Below, one piece after another: positions 1-7,794 of a DNA stretch of 40,327 nucleotides (within the stretch, counting starts at the first letter, position 1; the number at the start of each line of letters is the position of its first letter). The stretch comes from Luminiphilus sp. GTDB taxonomy: Bacteria > Planctomycetota > UBA1135 > UBA2386. The notes beneath the pieces are model-generated. The model was not told where the DNA came from and ran no database searches. It saw only the letters and a list, made by a program, of their open reading frames with translations. Position numbers and translations under genes: made by a program. The DNA is taken from NCBI GenBank assembly GCA_041236755.1, contig JBERSB010000309.1, forward strand, positions 1 to 40,327, given 5' to 3'.

Positions 1-41
1 GACGAGGCCCTCTCCTCCCGCGGCCGCGCCACCCATGCAAC

Positions 42-80
42 GCGGCCCGCGACACCGGTGTGACGCGGGCCGCTCGTTTG
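42..80. terminator. GC-rich hairpin, candidate (bidirectional) terminator
   Basis: Perfect 10-bp arms gcggcccgcg (42-51) and cgcgggccgc (64-73), with inner acacc/ggtgt pairing, followed by tcgttt on the + strand. It lies about 60 nt downstream of the stop of the minus-strand CDS ending at 132. There is no strong U-tract. Confidence 0.4.
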
Positions 81-107
81 GCCACCACGGTTTCGTGGGG
101 CCCGTAA

Positions 108-137
108 CTCCGCAGATCAGCGCTCCGCAGATCAGCG
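108..137. repeat. 15-nt perfect tandem duplication (x2) that includes the stop codon of CDS 132..1658
   Basis: ctccgcagatcagcg occurs at 108-122 and again at 123-137. The second copy contains the tca (TGA on the minus strand) at 132-134 and the last Arg codon. The first copy supplies an in-frame second TGA 5 codons downstream. Confidence 0.9.
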
Positions 138-1658
138 CACCAGGCGCGAGTAGCGGTAGTAGGCCTCGAGCGTCAGCACAAGGATGGCCGTCGAGTAGAC
201 GCGGCCGCCGTCCTCACCCCAGGCGCCGATCGGGTCCCAGGAGCCGAGCAGGTTCTTCTGGGTGGCTTCGCGGTGCTGGTGCTTCACCACGGACGTCTCG
301 AGCTTCTTCTTCCAGTCGTTCCAGTGGGCACCGCCGTACTGGAACAGCGCGTAGGTCGCGTAGTACCAGTAGTAGTGGTCGATCGAGCCGCTCTTCTCGT
401 CCCAGACGGGCGGCTTGCTGCGCAGCAGATCCGCCGACGCCTTCATGATCGGCGTCTCCTTGGGGTCCTGGTTCATGAAGAACCGGCAGAACAGGCCGAC
501 CGCGGTCAGCGCCTCGCCCTTCTCGATCGGGAACTTGGTGCCGTGGTCGCCCGGCTTGCGGGAGCTCTTCTCGCCCTGCTTGGTGTAGCCGTGCGCGCCG
601 GTCGGGTCCGAGACCTGGTCGAGGAAGGTCGCGCACAGGTCGAGCGCCGACTTGTTGATCTGCAGTTCGAAGAACTCGCCCGACTCGTAGGCCATGATGC
701 ACCAGCCCGTGACCGAGATGTCGTTGTCGTTGTCACGCGGCTGGTAGCGCCACACCGAGTAGGGGTTGCGGTGCGACTCGAGGTAGTTGATGCCTTTCTG
801 GGCGGCCTTCTTGAGCAGGCGGTACTTCGACAAGCCGTAGGCCTCGCACATCGCATAGGCGGCGATGGCGTGGTCGTAGACGAAGTCGTGCGACGCGTTG
901 GTGCCGAACAGGCCGTTCTCCTGCTGCTGCTTACGCAGCCAGTTGACGCCCTTCTTGATGTTCTCCTGGTAGGGGCCCTGTCGCATCGTGCTGCCGTCGC
1001 CCAGGAAGGCCAGCAGCGCGAGGCCGGTGACGCCCACGTCGTGGACCGGGTTGCCGGGGCCGTCGCAGATTTCGCTGGTCGCGTCATCGTGCTTCATGAA
1101 CCCGTCGCAGTCCCACTTGCCGTCCTCGTCCTGGTGGTTGGCGAGCCACTTCAGGCCGGCGTCGATCGCCGCCGCGTAGGACTTGCCGCCGCCCTTGCCG
1201 CCGCGGCCGCCGCGGCCGCCGTAGCGCCCGCCGGCGCCGCCGCCGAGGCCGACCGCCGAGTTCCACTGGTTCGAGTCGAAGGCGGACTCCTTGGAGATCT
1301 CCTCGTTCTCGGTGTCGAACGCCTCTTCGGTCTCGGTGACGGTCGTCTCGGTGACGACCACCTCCTCGGTGACCTCCTCGGTCTTGGTCTCCGGCGGGGG
1401 CGGCGGAGGCGGCTCGACGACCTCCTCCTGGTCCTTGAGGTCCATCTCGACGACGGCCTTGGGTCCCTTCGCCTTCTCCGCGGGGATCAGCACGATGATG
1501 AGCAGCGCGATCACGGCGTGGATCGCCGCCGAGAGGATGAGCCACGGCGCCTGGCGCAGGCGCTCGGCCATCATGTCCTGGAAGGTCGCGCTCTCCTGCT
1601 CCCAGATGGGAACAGCGTTGGACTGGACTTGGATCTTGGTGGGGTCGACGTGGACCAT
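132..1658 (-). CDS. Membrane-anchored prenyltransferase/squalene-oxidase-repeat (terpene-cyclase-like alpha/alpha toroid) protein
   Basis: 508-aa ORF with an N-terminal TM helix (WLILSAAIHAVIALLIIVLIP). It then has a Pro/Glu/Thr-rich linker (PPPPPPPETKTEEVTEEV), a Gly/Arg tract (GGGAGGRYGGRGGRGGKGGG) and repeated motifs of the type HQDEDGKWD, QQQENGLFG, YSVWRY and LLGSWDP, as in prenyltransferase-like repeat proteins. Confidence 0.75.
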   Translation of the reverse strand: MVHVDPTKIQVQSNAVPIWEQESATFQDMMAERLRQAPWLILSAAIHAVIALLIIVLIPAEKAKGPKAVVEMDLKDQEEVVEPPPPPPPETKTEEVTEEVVVTETTVTETEEAFDTENEEISKESAFDSNQWNSAVGLGGGAGGRYGGRGGRGGKGGGKSYAAAIDAGLKWLANHQDEDGKWDCDGFMKHDDATSEICDGPGNPVHDVGVTGLALLAFLGDGSTMRQGPYQENIKKGVNWLRKQQQENGLFGTNASHDFVYDHAIAAYAMCEAYGLSKYRLLKKAAQKGINYLESHRNPYSVWRYQPRDNDNDISVTGWCIMAYESGEFFELQINKSALDLCATFLDQVSDPTGAHGYTKQGEKSSRKPGDHGTKFPIEKGEALTAVGLFCRFFMNQDPKETPIMKASADLLRSKPPVWDEKSGSIDHYYWYYATYALFQYGGAHWNDWKKKLETSVVKHQHREATQKNLLGSWDPIGAWGEDGGRVYSTAILVLTLEAYYRYSRLVR

Positions 1659-1866
1659 GTTTGGGGACCTTTTGCTTGGCTGGGCGCTGCAGGCGCCCTG
1701 GCCGATGGGCCCGCGAGACCGCAGTGGTCTGTTGGGTCCGAGTGGCCTGTGAGACGAACGTGCACCGGATGGTGCGTTGCTTCCTAACGGGCCGCGCTCG
1801 GTTCGGGTTCAGAGAGGGGGCAGAAAGTAGACCGACCCAGCCGCTTCCTCGCAACCGCAGCGCGGG

Positions 1867-1891
1867 TCCCGGCGCGCTCCGCGAGCCGGGA
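1867..1891 (-). terminator. GC-rich hairpin downstream of the SurA-like gene (candidate terminator)
   Basis: tcccggcgcg (1867-1876) pairs with cgcg-a-gccggga (1880-1891), with a 3-nt loop and one bulged A. It lies about 36 nt after the stop at 1927 and has no U-tract. Confidence 0.3.
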
Positions 1892-1926
1892 TCGAACCGT
1901 AACATCCTTCGGATTCGACGTTTGCG

Positions 1927-2949
1927 CTACCTCATCGGGACGCGCCGCCCGTTCTGGTAGATCCAGACTTCGGTGCGCTCGCTGGCCCGCGCGAGCGCGC
2001 TCTCGCGGAACTCGCGGAAGACGATCTCGTTGGCGATGCTGCGGACTTCGGCCTGCACCTCGGGGTCTTCGACGCGGCCGTCGCGCGCGGGCGCGAACCC
2101 CATGATCTTGACGACGTCGACCAGTCCGTTGCCGCGCGGGATCGGCGGTGAGACGTGGCCGAGCGGCCCCGCCAGCGCGAACGCGCGCAGCTTGGGCTGC
2201 AGCGACCTCGCCCGCATCGAGAGCAGCGGCGTCGAGCCGGGGAAACGGTCGGCGACCTCGCGCGCGGTCAGCACCTTGTCTGCCCACAGGTCCGAGGCCT
2301 CAGCGGCTGTCGTCGCGGCGTTGCTCCCGCGGAAGGTGACCATCGCCACCTGCGCCATGGCGGTGCGCACGAAGCGCTGCTTGTTCTGCTCGTAGGTCTC
2401 ACGCAGCATCCGCGGCGTGAGGTAGAGGTTGGACTGCTTGCGGAACCGCTCGTAGATCGAGAACTGCTCGGCGAGCATCTGCAGCTTCTCGATGCGCTGC
2501 CCGTCGGCGTAGGTCTGCCACGTCTGCCCCGTGCGCTCGAGCTCGGCGCTCAGCTCGCCGTAGCTGCCGAGATCGCGCCGACGGTCTTCCTTGTCCTGCT
2601 CCAGCTGCATCTCGAGGATCGCGTCGAACCTGTCCGGCGGGATGTTGCCGAACGAGCGCGCGGACTGCGCCATCTGGTAGTTGCTGATCACCGAGCGCAG
2701 GTCGCGCTGCGTCATCTGCGCGATCTCGCTGAGCGTCAGCGGCCGGCCGACCTCGGCCTCGGCGCCCAGGATCGTGCCCGAGACCGTCGCGAACAGGCGG
2801 CTCTGCAGGATCGCGCTGTCGTTGACGCTGGCGACGACGCTGTCGACGAACAGGCGCTTGGGCGCCTGCGCGCCCGGCGGGGGCGTCGTGCCCTGCGCTG
2901 CCAGTCCGGTCGCTCCATAGAGCACGAGTCCCAGAGCCGCCGTCCGCAT
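1927..2949 (-). CDS. Periplasmic SurA-like chaperone / peptidyl-prolyl isomerase family protein
   Basis: I start at the internal ATG at 2949 (MRTAALGLVLYGATGLAAQ, a signal peptide). The upstream part of the 401-aa ORF is Arg-rich junk. The SurA N-domain-like motif FVDSVVASVNDSAILQSRL is present, and the C-terminal GHVSPPIPRGNGLVDVVKI is parvulin-like. Confidence 0.7.
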   Translation of the reverse strand: MRTAALGLVLYGATGLAAQGTTPPPGAQAPKRLFVDSVVASVNDSAILQSRLFATVSGTILGAEAEVGRPLTLSEIAQMTQRDLRSVISNYQMAQSARSFGNIPPDRFDAILEMQLEQDKEDRRRDLGSYGELSAELERTGQTWQTYADGQRIEKLQMLAEQFSIYERFRKQSNLYLTPRMLRETYEQNKQRFVRTAMAQVAMVTFRGSNAATTAAEASDLWADKVLTAREVADRFPGSTPLLSMRARSLQPKLRAFALAGPLGHVSPPIPRGNGLVDVVKIMGFAPARDGRVEDPEVQAEVRSIANEIVFREFRESALARASERTEVWIYQNGRRVPMR

Positions 2950-3050
2950 GGCGTGGATGATGCGCGCACCGGGCGGCGTCGGCAAGGGCGGCGCGACGCG
3001 ATCCCCCGGTCCCGGTTGCAATCGCCGTCGGCGCGTCGTCTCCTCTCCGC

Positions 3051-3803
3051 GTGATGAGCCCCTGCACTGGCACGTGCGTCGTGGTCGGCGCCTCCTCGGG
3101 AATCGGCCTCGCGGTCGCGCGCCGGCTCGCACGGGCGGGCCGCGACGTGGTCCTGGTGGCGCGGCGCGAGGCCGAGCTGTCGGCCCAGGTCGCGCTGATC
3201 AACGAGGCCGTCGGCCAGCCGCGGGCTTCCGCGGTCGTGCACGACGCGCGGGACGTCGACGCAGCAGAGGAGCTGCTCGCCGGCATCGAGCGAGAGCGGG
3301 GAGAGGTCGACGAGCTGCACTTCGTCGCCGGCGTCATGCCCGAGGTCGACCCGGACGAGTTCGACCTCGACAAGGACCGGCTGCAGGTCCAGGTGAACTT
3401 CCTCGGCGCGATCGCGTGGTGCAACGCGGCCGCGCGGCGCTTCCTCTCGCGCAAGCGGGGCTGCATCGTCGGCGTCACCTCGGTCGCGCAGGACCGCGGC
3501 CGGATCGGGCGGCCGGTCTACAACGCCAGCAAGGCCGGCATGGACACCTACCTCGAGGCGCTGCGCAACCGCCTCTGGCGCCACGGGGTGCAGGTCACCA
3601 CGATCCGGCCGGGCTTCGTCGAGACGCCGATGACAGCAGGGCTTGCCCTCAAGGGCGCGATCCCTGCCGATAAGGCGGCTGCGCTGATCCTGAAGGCGCG
3701 AGACGGCAGCAAGGCGGTCGCCTACGTGCCGGGGAAGTGGCGCTGGATCATGCTCGTGATCCGCTGCATCCCCTCGGCGCTGTTCCGCAAGCTGTCGATC
3801 TGA
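3051..3803 (+). CDS. Short-chain dehydrogenase/reductase, DprE2-like (decaprenylphospho-2'-keto-ribose reductase family)
   Basis: The Rossmann motif VVVGASSGIGLAV and the catalytic YNASK are present. The C-terminal tail KAVAYVPGKWRWIMLVIRCIPSALFRKLSI closely parallels the remembered M. tuberculosis DprE2 tail [29 protein letters not shown]. Start is GTG at 3051 or ATG at 3054. Confidence 0.85.
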   Translation: MMSPCTGTCVVVGASSGIGLAVARRLARAGRDVVLVARREAELSAQVALINEAVGQPRASAVVHDARDVDAAEELLAGIERERGEVDELHFVAGVMPEVDPDEFDLDKDRLQVQVNFLGAIAWCNAAARRFLSRKRGCIVGVTSVAQDRGRIGRPVYNASKAGMDTYLEALRNRLWRHGVQVTTIRPGFVETPMTAGLALKGAIPADKAAALILKARDGSKAVAYVPGKWRWIMLVIRCIPSALFRKLSI

Positions 3804-3838
3804 AACACGACCGACGACCGCTGCGTTCCGACCTCGCC

Positions 3839-5287
3839 ATGACCACCACGAGCCACGACCCCGTCGCTGCGTCCGCGCCGCGCTGGGCCGACGAGCAGGT
3901 GTCCGGCTTCGGCATGTCGGTGGGCGGGCCGGCGAAGGTCTTCCGGCCGACGCGCGCCGAGCAGATCCACGACGCGTTCCGAGACGTGCAGCGGCAGGGC
4001 AGCACCGTCGCGCTGCGCGGCGCGGGCTGCAGCTACGGCGACGCTTCGACCAACGACCGCGCCCACGTGCTCGACCTGACGAGCATGAACCGGATCCTCT
4101 CGTTCGACCCGCAGACGGGCGTCGCGGTCTGCGAACCCGGCGTGACGATCCGCGACCTCTGGCGCCGCGCGATCGGCTACGGCTACTGGCCGCGGGTGGT
4201 CAGCGGCACGATGAAGGTGTCCATCGGCGGCGCGGCCGCGATGAACATCCACGGCAAGAACAACTACCGCCTGGGCTCGTTCGGCGAGGGCGTGCGCGCG
4301 TTCGAGTTGATGACGCCGGGCGGCGAGCTGGTGCAGTGCTCCCGTGAGCAGAACCAGGAGCTGTTCCACGCCGCGATCGGCGGGTTCGGCATGCTCGGCT
4401 GCTTCACCAAGATCGAGGTCGAGACCAAGCGCGTGCACTCGGGCCGCATGCGCGTGTGGGGGATCGTCGCCAAGGACCTCGACCACAACTTCGAGCTGCT
4501 GGAGTCGATGCACGAGGACGCCGACTACCTCGTCGGCTGGATCGACGCCCACGCCAAGGGTGCTGAGCTGGGCCGCGGCCTCATGCACCGCGCCGACCAG
4601 CTCGCGCCGGGCGAAGACCCCGACGGCCTGTTGATGTACGACGCGTCGCTGCAGGACGTGCCGTCGACGCTGTTCGGCGTCGTGCCCAAGGGCTGGCTGT
4701 GGCCGGGCATGTGGTGCGCGGTGAAGTCCAAGCAGGTCGGGCTGGTCAACTGGCTGAAGTTCCGGGCAGGGTTCAAGGAAGAGCGCGGCTCCCCGTACAT
4801 GCAGACGCACGGCGCGTTCCACTTCCTGCTCGACTACGTGCCGCGCTGGCAGTGGATGACCAAGCCGGGCGGGCTCGTGCAGTTCCAGCCGTTCCTGCCC
4901 AAGGACGTGGCGCCGCGCGTGCTGCGGCAGCTGATCGAGCTGTGCCAGCAGAAGGGACACGTGCCCTACCTAGGCGTGCTCAAGAAGCACCGGCCCGACC
5001 CGTTCTTGATGACGCACGCGGTCGACGGCTACTCGATGGCGATGGACATCTGCGTGAGCCGCAACCGCGCCCGGCGCGAGGCGCTCTGGCGGCACTGCCA
5101 GGAGATGGCCGAGATCGTGCTCGAGGCCGGCGGGCGGTTCTACTACGCCAAGGACGCCATGCTGCTGGCCTCGTCGTTCCCCCGCGTGCACGGCGAAGAC
5201 GCCGTCGCGCAGTTCCGCGCGCTCAAACAGCGCTGGGATCCCGACGGCCTGTTCCAGACCGACCTGTCCCGGCGGATGGGCGTCTAG
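3839..5287 (+). CDS. FAD-dependent oxidoreductase, DprE1-like (decaprenylphospho-ribose 2'-oxidase family)
   Basis: Start chosen at ATG 3839 (MTTTSHD), after the SDR stop. LRGAGCSYGDAS, VSGTMKVSIGGAAAMNIHGKNNYRLGSFGEGV, LFHAAIGGFGMLG and GGRFYYAKD...WDPDGLFQTDLSRRMGV align with the remembered DprE1 motifs GLGRSYGDNA, VTVGGAIACDIHGKNHH, LFWATVGGNGLTG and GGRLYTAKD. Confidence 0.88.
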   Translation: MTTTSHDPVAASAPRWADEQVSGFGMSVGGPAKVFRPTRAEQIHDAFRDVQRQGSTVALRGAGCSYGDASTNDRAHVLDLTSMNRILSFDPQTGVAVCEPGVTIRDLWRRAIGYGYWPRVVSGTMKVSIGGAAAMNIHGKNNYRLGSFGEGVRAFELMTPGGELVQCSREQNQELFHAAIGGFGMLGCFTKIEVETKRVHSGRMRVWGIVAKDLDHNFELLESMHEDADYLVGWIDAHAKGAELGRGLMHRADQLAPGEDPDGLLMYDASLQDVPSTLFGVVPKGWLWPGMWCAVKSKQVGLVNWLKFRAGFKEERGSPYMQTHGAFHFLLDYVPRWQWMTKPGGLVQFQPFLPKDVAPRVLRQLIELCQQKGHVPYLGVLKKHRPDPFLMTHAVDGYSMAMDICVSRNRARREALWRHCQEMAEIVLEAGGRFYYAKDAMLLASSFPRVHGEDAVAQFRALKQRWDPDGLFQTDLSRRMGV

Positions 5288-5622
5288 CAGCCAGCGCGCG
5301 GTCCTGCGCCTTGTGGCCGGGCGGTCCACGGGCTATCCTACTTGCCGACGGTGCGTGCGAGGACGTGCGCGCCTGGCGTCGGGAAGCTGCCGCCGGAACG
5401 GATTCCGGTCTCAAGTCGAGGCAGCCAACGGCCGATGCCATCGAGTGGTCGTGCAGATAATCGACAGTCGTCGAGCGCGGCCCGAGGCGACGAGAAGACT
5501 GTCCGGCGGGTGGCGACCAGGTGGGTCGACCAGGGTCCGGACGAGATCGCTTCGACCAGAAGACCAGAATCCCATCGCAGCCCAGCGCCCCATACGGCCC
5601 GCTGCCACCAACTGAACGACCC
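5288..5622 (+). promoter_or_regulatory. Long non-coding leader / promoter region upstream of the DEAD-box helicase gene
   Basis: A roughly 335-nt gap with no convincing ORF and locally lower GC (gtgcagataatcgacagtcg). It contains a small hairpin, ccggaa-cgga-ttccgg, at 5395-5410. Long structured 5' UTRs are typical of cold-responsive DEAD-box helicase genes. Confidence 0.3.
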
Positions 5623-6843
5623 GTGAGTTTTGATTCCCTCGGGCTGAAGAAGCCCATCCTCAAGGGCGTGCGCGAAGCCGGCTACGAACAGCCGACCGAG
5701 ATCCAGGCGCACGCCATCCCCAAGGTCCTCGCCGGCGACGAGCTCATCGGGCTCGGCCAGACCGGCAGCGGCAAGACCGCCGCGTTCGGCCTGCCGATGC
5801 TCGACCGTCTCTGCGGCGGCGAGCCCGGCCTGCGCGGCCTCATCATCGTGCCGACCCGCGAACTCTGCGTGCAGGTCGCCGAGAACCTCCGCATCTACGC
5901 CCAGCACGCCGGCCTGCACGTGTGCACGGCGTTCGGCGGCATCGACCTGTCGATCCAAGAGAGCGCGTTCAAGCGCGGCCTCGACGTGCTGGTCGCCTGC
6001 CCCGGTCGTCTGATCGACCACCTCGAACGGCGCAACATCACGCTTGAGAAGGTCGAGATGGTCGTGCTCGACGAAGCGGACCGGATGCTCGACATGGGCT
6101 TCATGCCGCAGATCCGGCGCATCTTCCTGCGGATGCCCGACGAGCGGCAGAACCTGCTGTTCTCGGCGACCCTGCCTCTGGAGGTGGAGTCGCTCGTCGA
6201 GGACTTCCTGCCGGGCGCCGAGCGGGTGCAGATCGGTCGACGCAGCGAGTCGGCGAGCACGATCACGCACCGCTTCGCCGCGGTCAACGTCACCGACAAG
6301 CCCAGCGCGCTCGAGCGCCTGCTGCGCAAGGAGCACGGCAAGGTGCTCGTGTTCTGCAACAAGAAGATCGGCTGCGAGAAGCTCGGCAACATGCTGAAGC
6401 GCGCGGGCCTGCCCGCCGACTCGATCCACGGCGACAAGAGCGCCGAGGCGCGCCACGCCTGCCTCGGCGCGTTCTCGCGCGGCCGCACGCGGTTCCTGGT
6501 CGCGACGGACGTCGCCGGCCGCGGCATCGACGTCGACGACGTCGAGCTGGTCGTCAACTACGACTTCCCGCTCGCGCTCGAGGACTACGTGCACCGCTCG
6601 GGCCGCACCGGCCGCGCCGGCAAGACCGGGCGCGCGGTCTCGTTTGTCGCGCCCTCGGAGAAGCGGCTCTACGAGGCGGTGAAGGCCCACCTCGCGGGCA
6701 AAGAGGTCAAGAGCGCGCCGAGCGCGCCGGGCCGGGGCTACGGCATGCCCAAGGGCCGCGGCGGCAAAAAGGGCGGCAAGCGCGCGGACGGTGGCAAGCC
6801 GCGCCGCGGCGGCGGCAGGCGCACGGCCGCGGGCGCGCTCTGA
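5623..6843 (+). CDS. DEAD-box ATP-dependent RNA helicase (RhlE-like) with a C-terminal Gly/Arg/Lys-rich tail
   Basis: Q-motif region FDSLGL...PTEIQ, motif I GQTGSGKT, DEAD, SAT and motif VI HRSGRTGRAG are all present. The tail is GRGYGMPKGRGGKKGGKRADGGKPRRGGGRR. The likely start is the in-frame GTG at 5623 (VSFDSLGL); the ORF track begins at 5521. Confidence 0.92.
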   Translation: MSFDSLGLKKPILKGVREAGYEQPTEIQAHAIPKVLAGDELIGLGQTGSGKTAAFGLPMLDRLCGGEPGLRGLIIVPTRELCVQVAENLRIYAQHAGLHVCTAFGGIDLSIQESAFKRGLDVLVACPGRLIDHLERRNITLEKVEMVVLDEADRMLDMGFMPQIRRIFLRMPDERQNLLFSATLPLEVESLVEDFLPGAERVQIGRRSESASTITHRFAAVNVTDKPSALERLLRKEHGKVLVFCNKKIGCEKLGNMLKRAGLPADSIHGDKSAEARHACLGAFSRGRTRFLVATDVAGRGIDVDDVELVVNYDFPLALEDYVHRSGRTGRAGKTGRAVSFVAPSEKRLYEAVKAHLAGKEVKSAPSAPGRGYGMPKGRGGKKGGKRADGGKPRRGGGRRTAAGAL

Positions 6844-6852
6844 GGGATCGTC

Positions 6853-6872
6853 CCGGCGCCCCGAACGGCGCC
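6853..6872 (+). terminator. Small hairpin after the helicase stop (weak terminator candidate)
   Basis: cggcgcc (6853-6859) and ggcgccg (6866-6872) form a 7-bp stem with a 6-nt loop, 10 nt after the stop at 6843. There is no U-tract. A second hairpin, cggctg-cct-cagccg (6890-6904), spans the stop of the convergent ABC gene. Confidence 0.25.
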
Positions 6873-6897
6873 GCTGGACGGACCGCTCTCGGCTGCC

Positions 6898-7656
6898 TCA
6901 GCCGAGGATCGCCTTCGCGGCAGCGGCTGGGTCGCTCGCGCGCACCAGCGACCGGAAGACCTGGTCGAGGTGCTCGTCGGCGCCCGCGCCGGCCTGGCTG
7001 CGCAGCTCTGCAGCCGTCCCGGCCGCCAGCAGCTCGCCGCGATCGAGCACTGCGATGCGGTGCGCGGTGTTCTCGACGACGTCGAGCATGTGGCTGCAGT
7101 GCAGCACCGCGCCACCGCGCTCGGCGAACTCCCGCATCAGCTGCTTGACGATCAGCGCCGTGGTGACGTCGAGGCCCGAGAGGGGCTCGTCGAACACCAG
7201 CAGCTTCGGCTCGGTGAGCAGCGCCGCCGAGATCGAGACCTTCTGCAGCATGCCCTTGCTGAACGCGACCATCGGCTCGTCGCGACGGTCGAGGATGCCG
7301 AACCCGTCGAGCAACCGCTCGGCGCGCTCGCGGACGACCGTGTCGTCGAGGTCGAACAGCCGGCCCTTGAGCAGCAGGAACTCGAACGGCGTCAGCGTCT
7401 CGTGGAGGCGCGCGACCTCCGGCAGGTAGCCGATCAGGCTCCGGGTCGAGGCGTCGTGGAGCGCGTCCCGGCCGGCCACCGTGACCGCGCCCGAGTCGGG
7501 TCGCAGCAGCCCGACGAGGCACTTCACCGTGGTGGACTTGCCGGCACCGTTGGGCCCCAAGAGCGCCAGGATCTCGCCCGCTTCGACCTCGAGGTCGAGG
7601 CCCTGCAGCGCGATGAGCGCGCCGTAGGTCTTGCGCAGGCCCGAGATCGACAGCAT
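6898..7656 (-). CDS. ABC transporter ATP-binding protein (no permease gene adjacent)
   Basis: Start at ATG 7656 (MLSISGLRKTYG). Walker A GPNGAGKST, signature-like SKGMLQK, Walker B LLVFDEP and H-loop CSHML are present. Confidence 0.9.
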   Translation of the reverse strand: MLSISGLRKTYGALIALQGLDLEVEAGEILALLGPNGAGKSTTVKCLVGLLRPDSGAVTVAGRDALHDASTRSLIGYLPEVARLHETLTPFEFLLLKGRLFDLDDTVVRERAERLLDGFGILDRRDEPMVAFSKGMLQKVSISAALLTEPKLLVFDEPLSGLDVTTALIVKQLMREFAERGGAVLHCSHMLDVVENTAHRIAVLDRGELLAAGTAAELRSQAGAGADEHLDQVFRSLVRASDPAAAAKAILG

Positions 7657-7794
7657 CGGGGCATCTTGTCGGAGGCAGGCGGGTTGCGCCAGCCCGGGAT
7701 CGGTCGCTGCGCGCGGCCCCGCGACATTCTCCGCCCCTGAACCGCGACCCGTCGGGTATCGTTGTGCCGCCTGACCGTGCGCGCCTCCTCCCTG

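Noticed and set aside
35-448. A 137-aa + strand ORF at the window start.
   Set aside because: It is a Ser/Arg/Pro-rich low-complexity translation lying antisense to the well-supported prenyltransferase-repeat gene.
1880-1931. A tRNA-like T-arm motif (minus strand GGTTCGATCCCGG) in the 268-nt spacer between two minus-strand genes.
   Set aside because: I could not fold a cloverleaf. The T-stem pairs for only 3 bp. The best 7-bp acceptor pairing leaves 9 unpaired nt between the T-arm and the acceptor strand. No proper anticodon arm exists (5-bp stem with a 10-nt loop). The putative 5' end would also overlap the upstream CDS stop. The motif is better explained as part of the GC hairpin at 1867..1891. 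A decayed tRNA or att remnant cannot be excluded.
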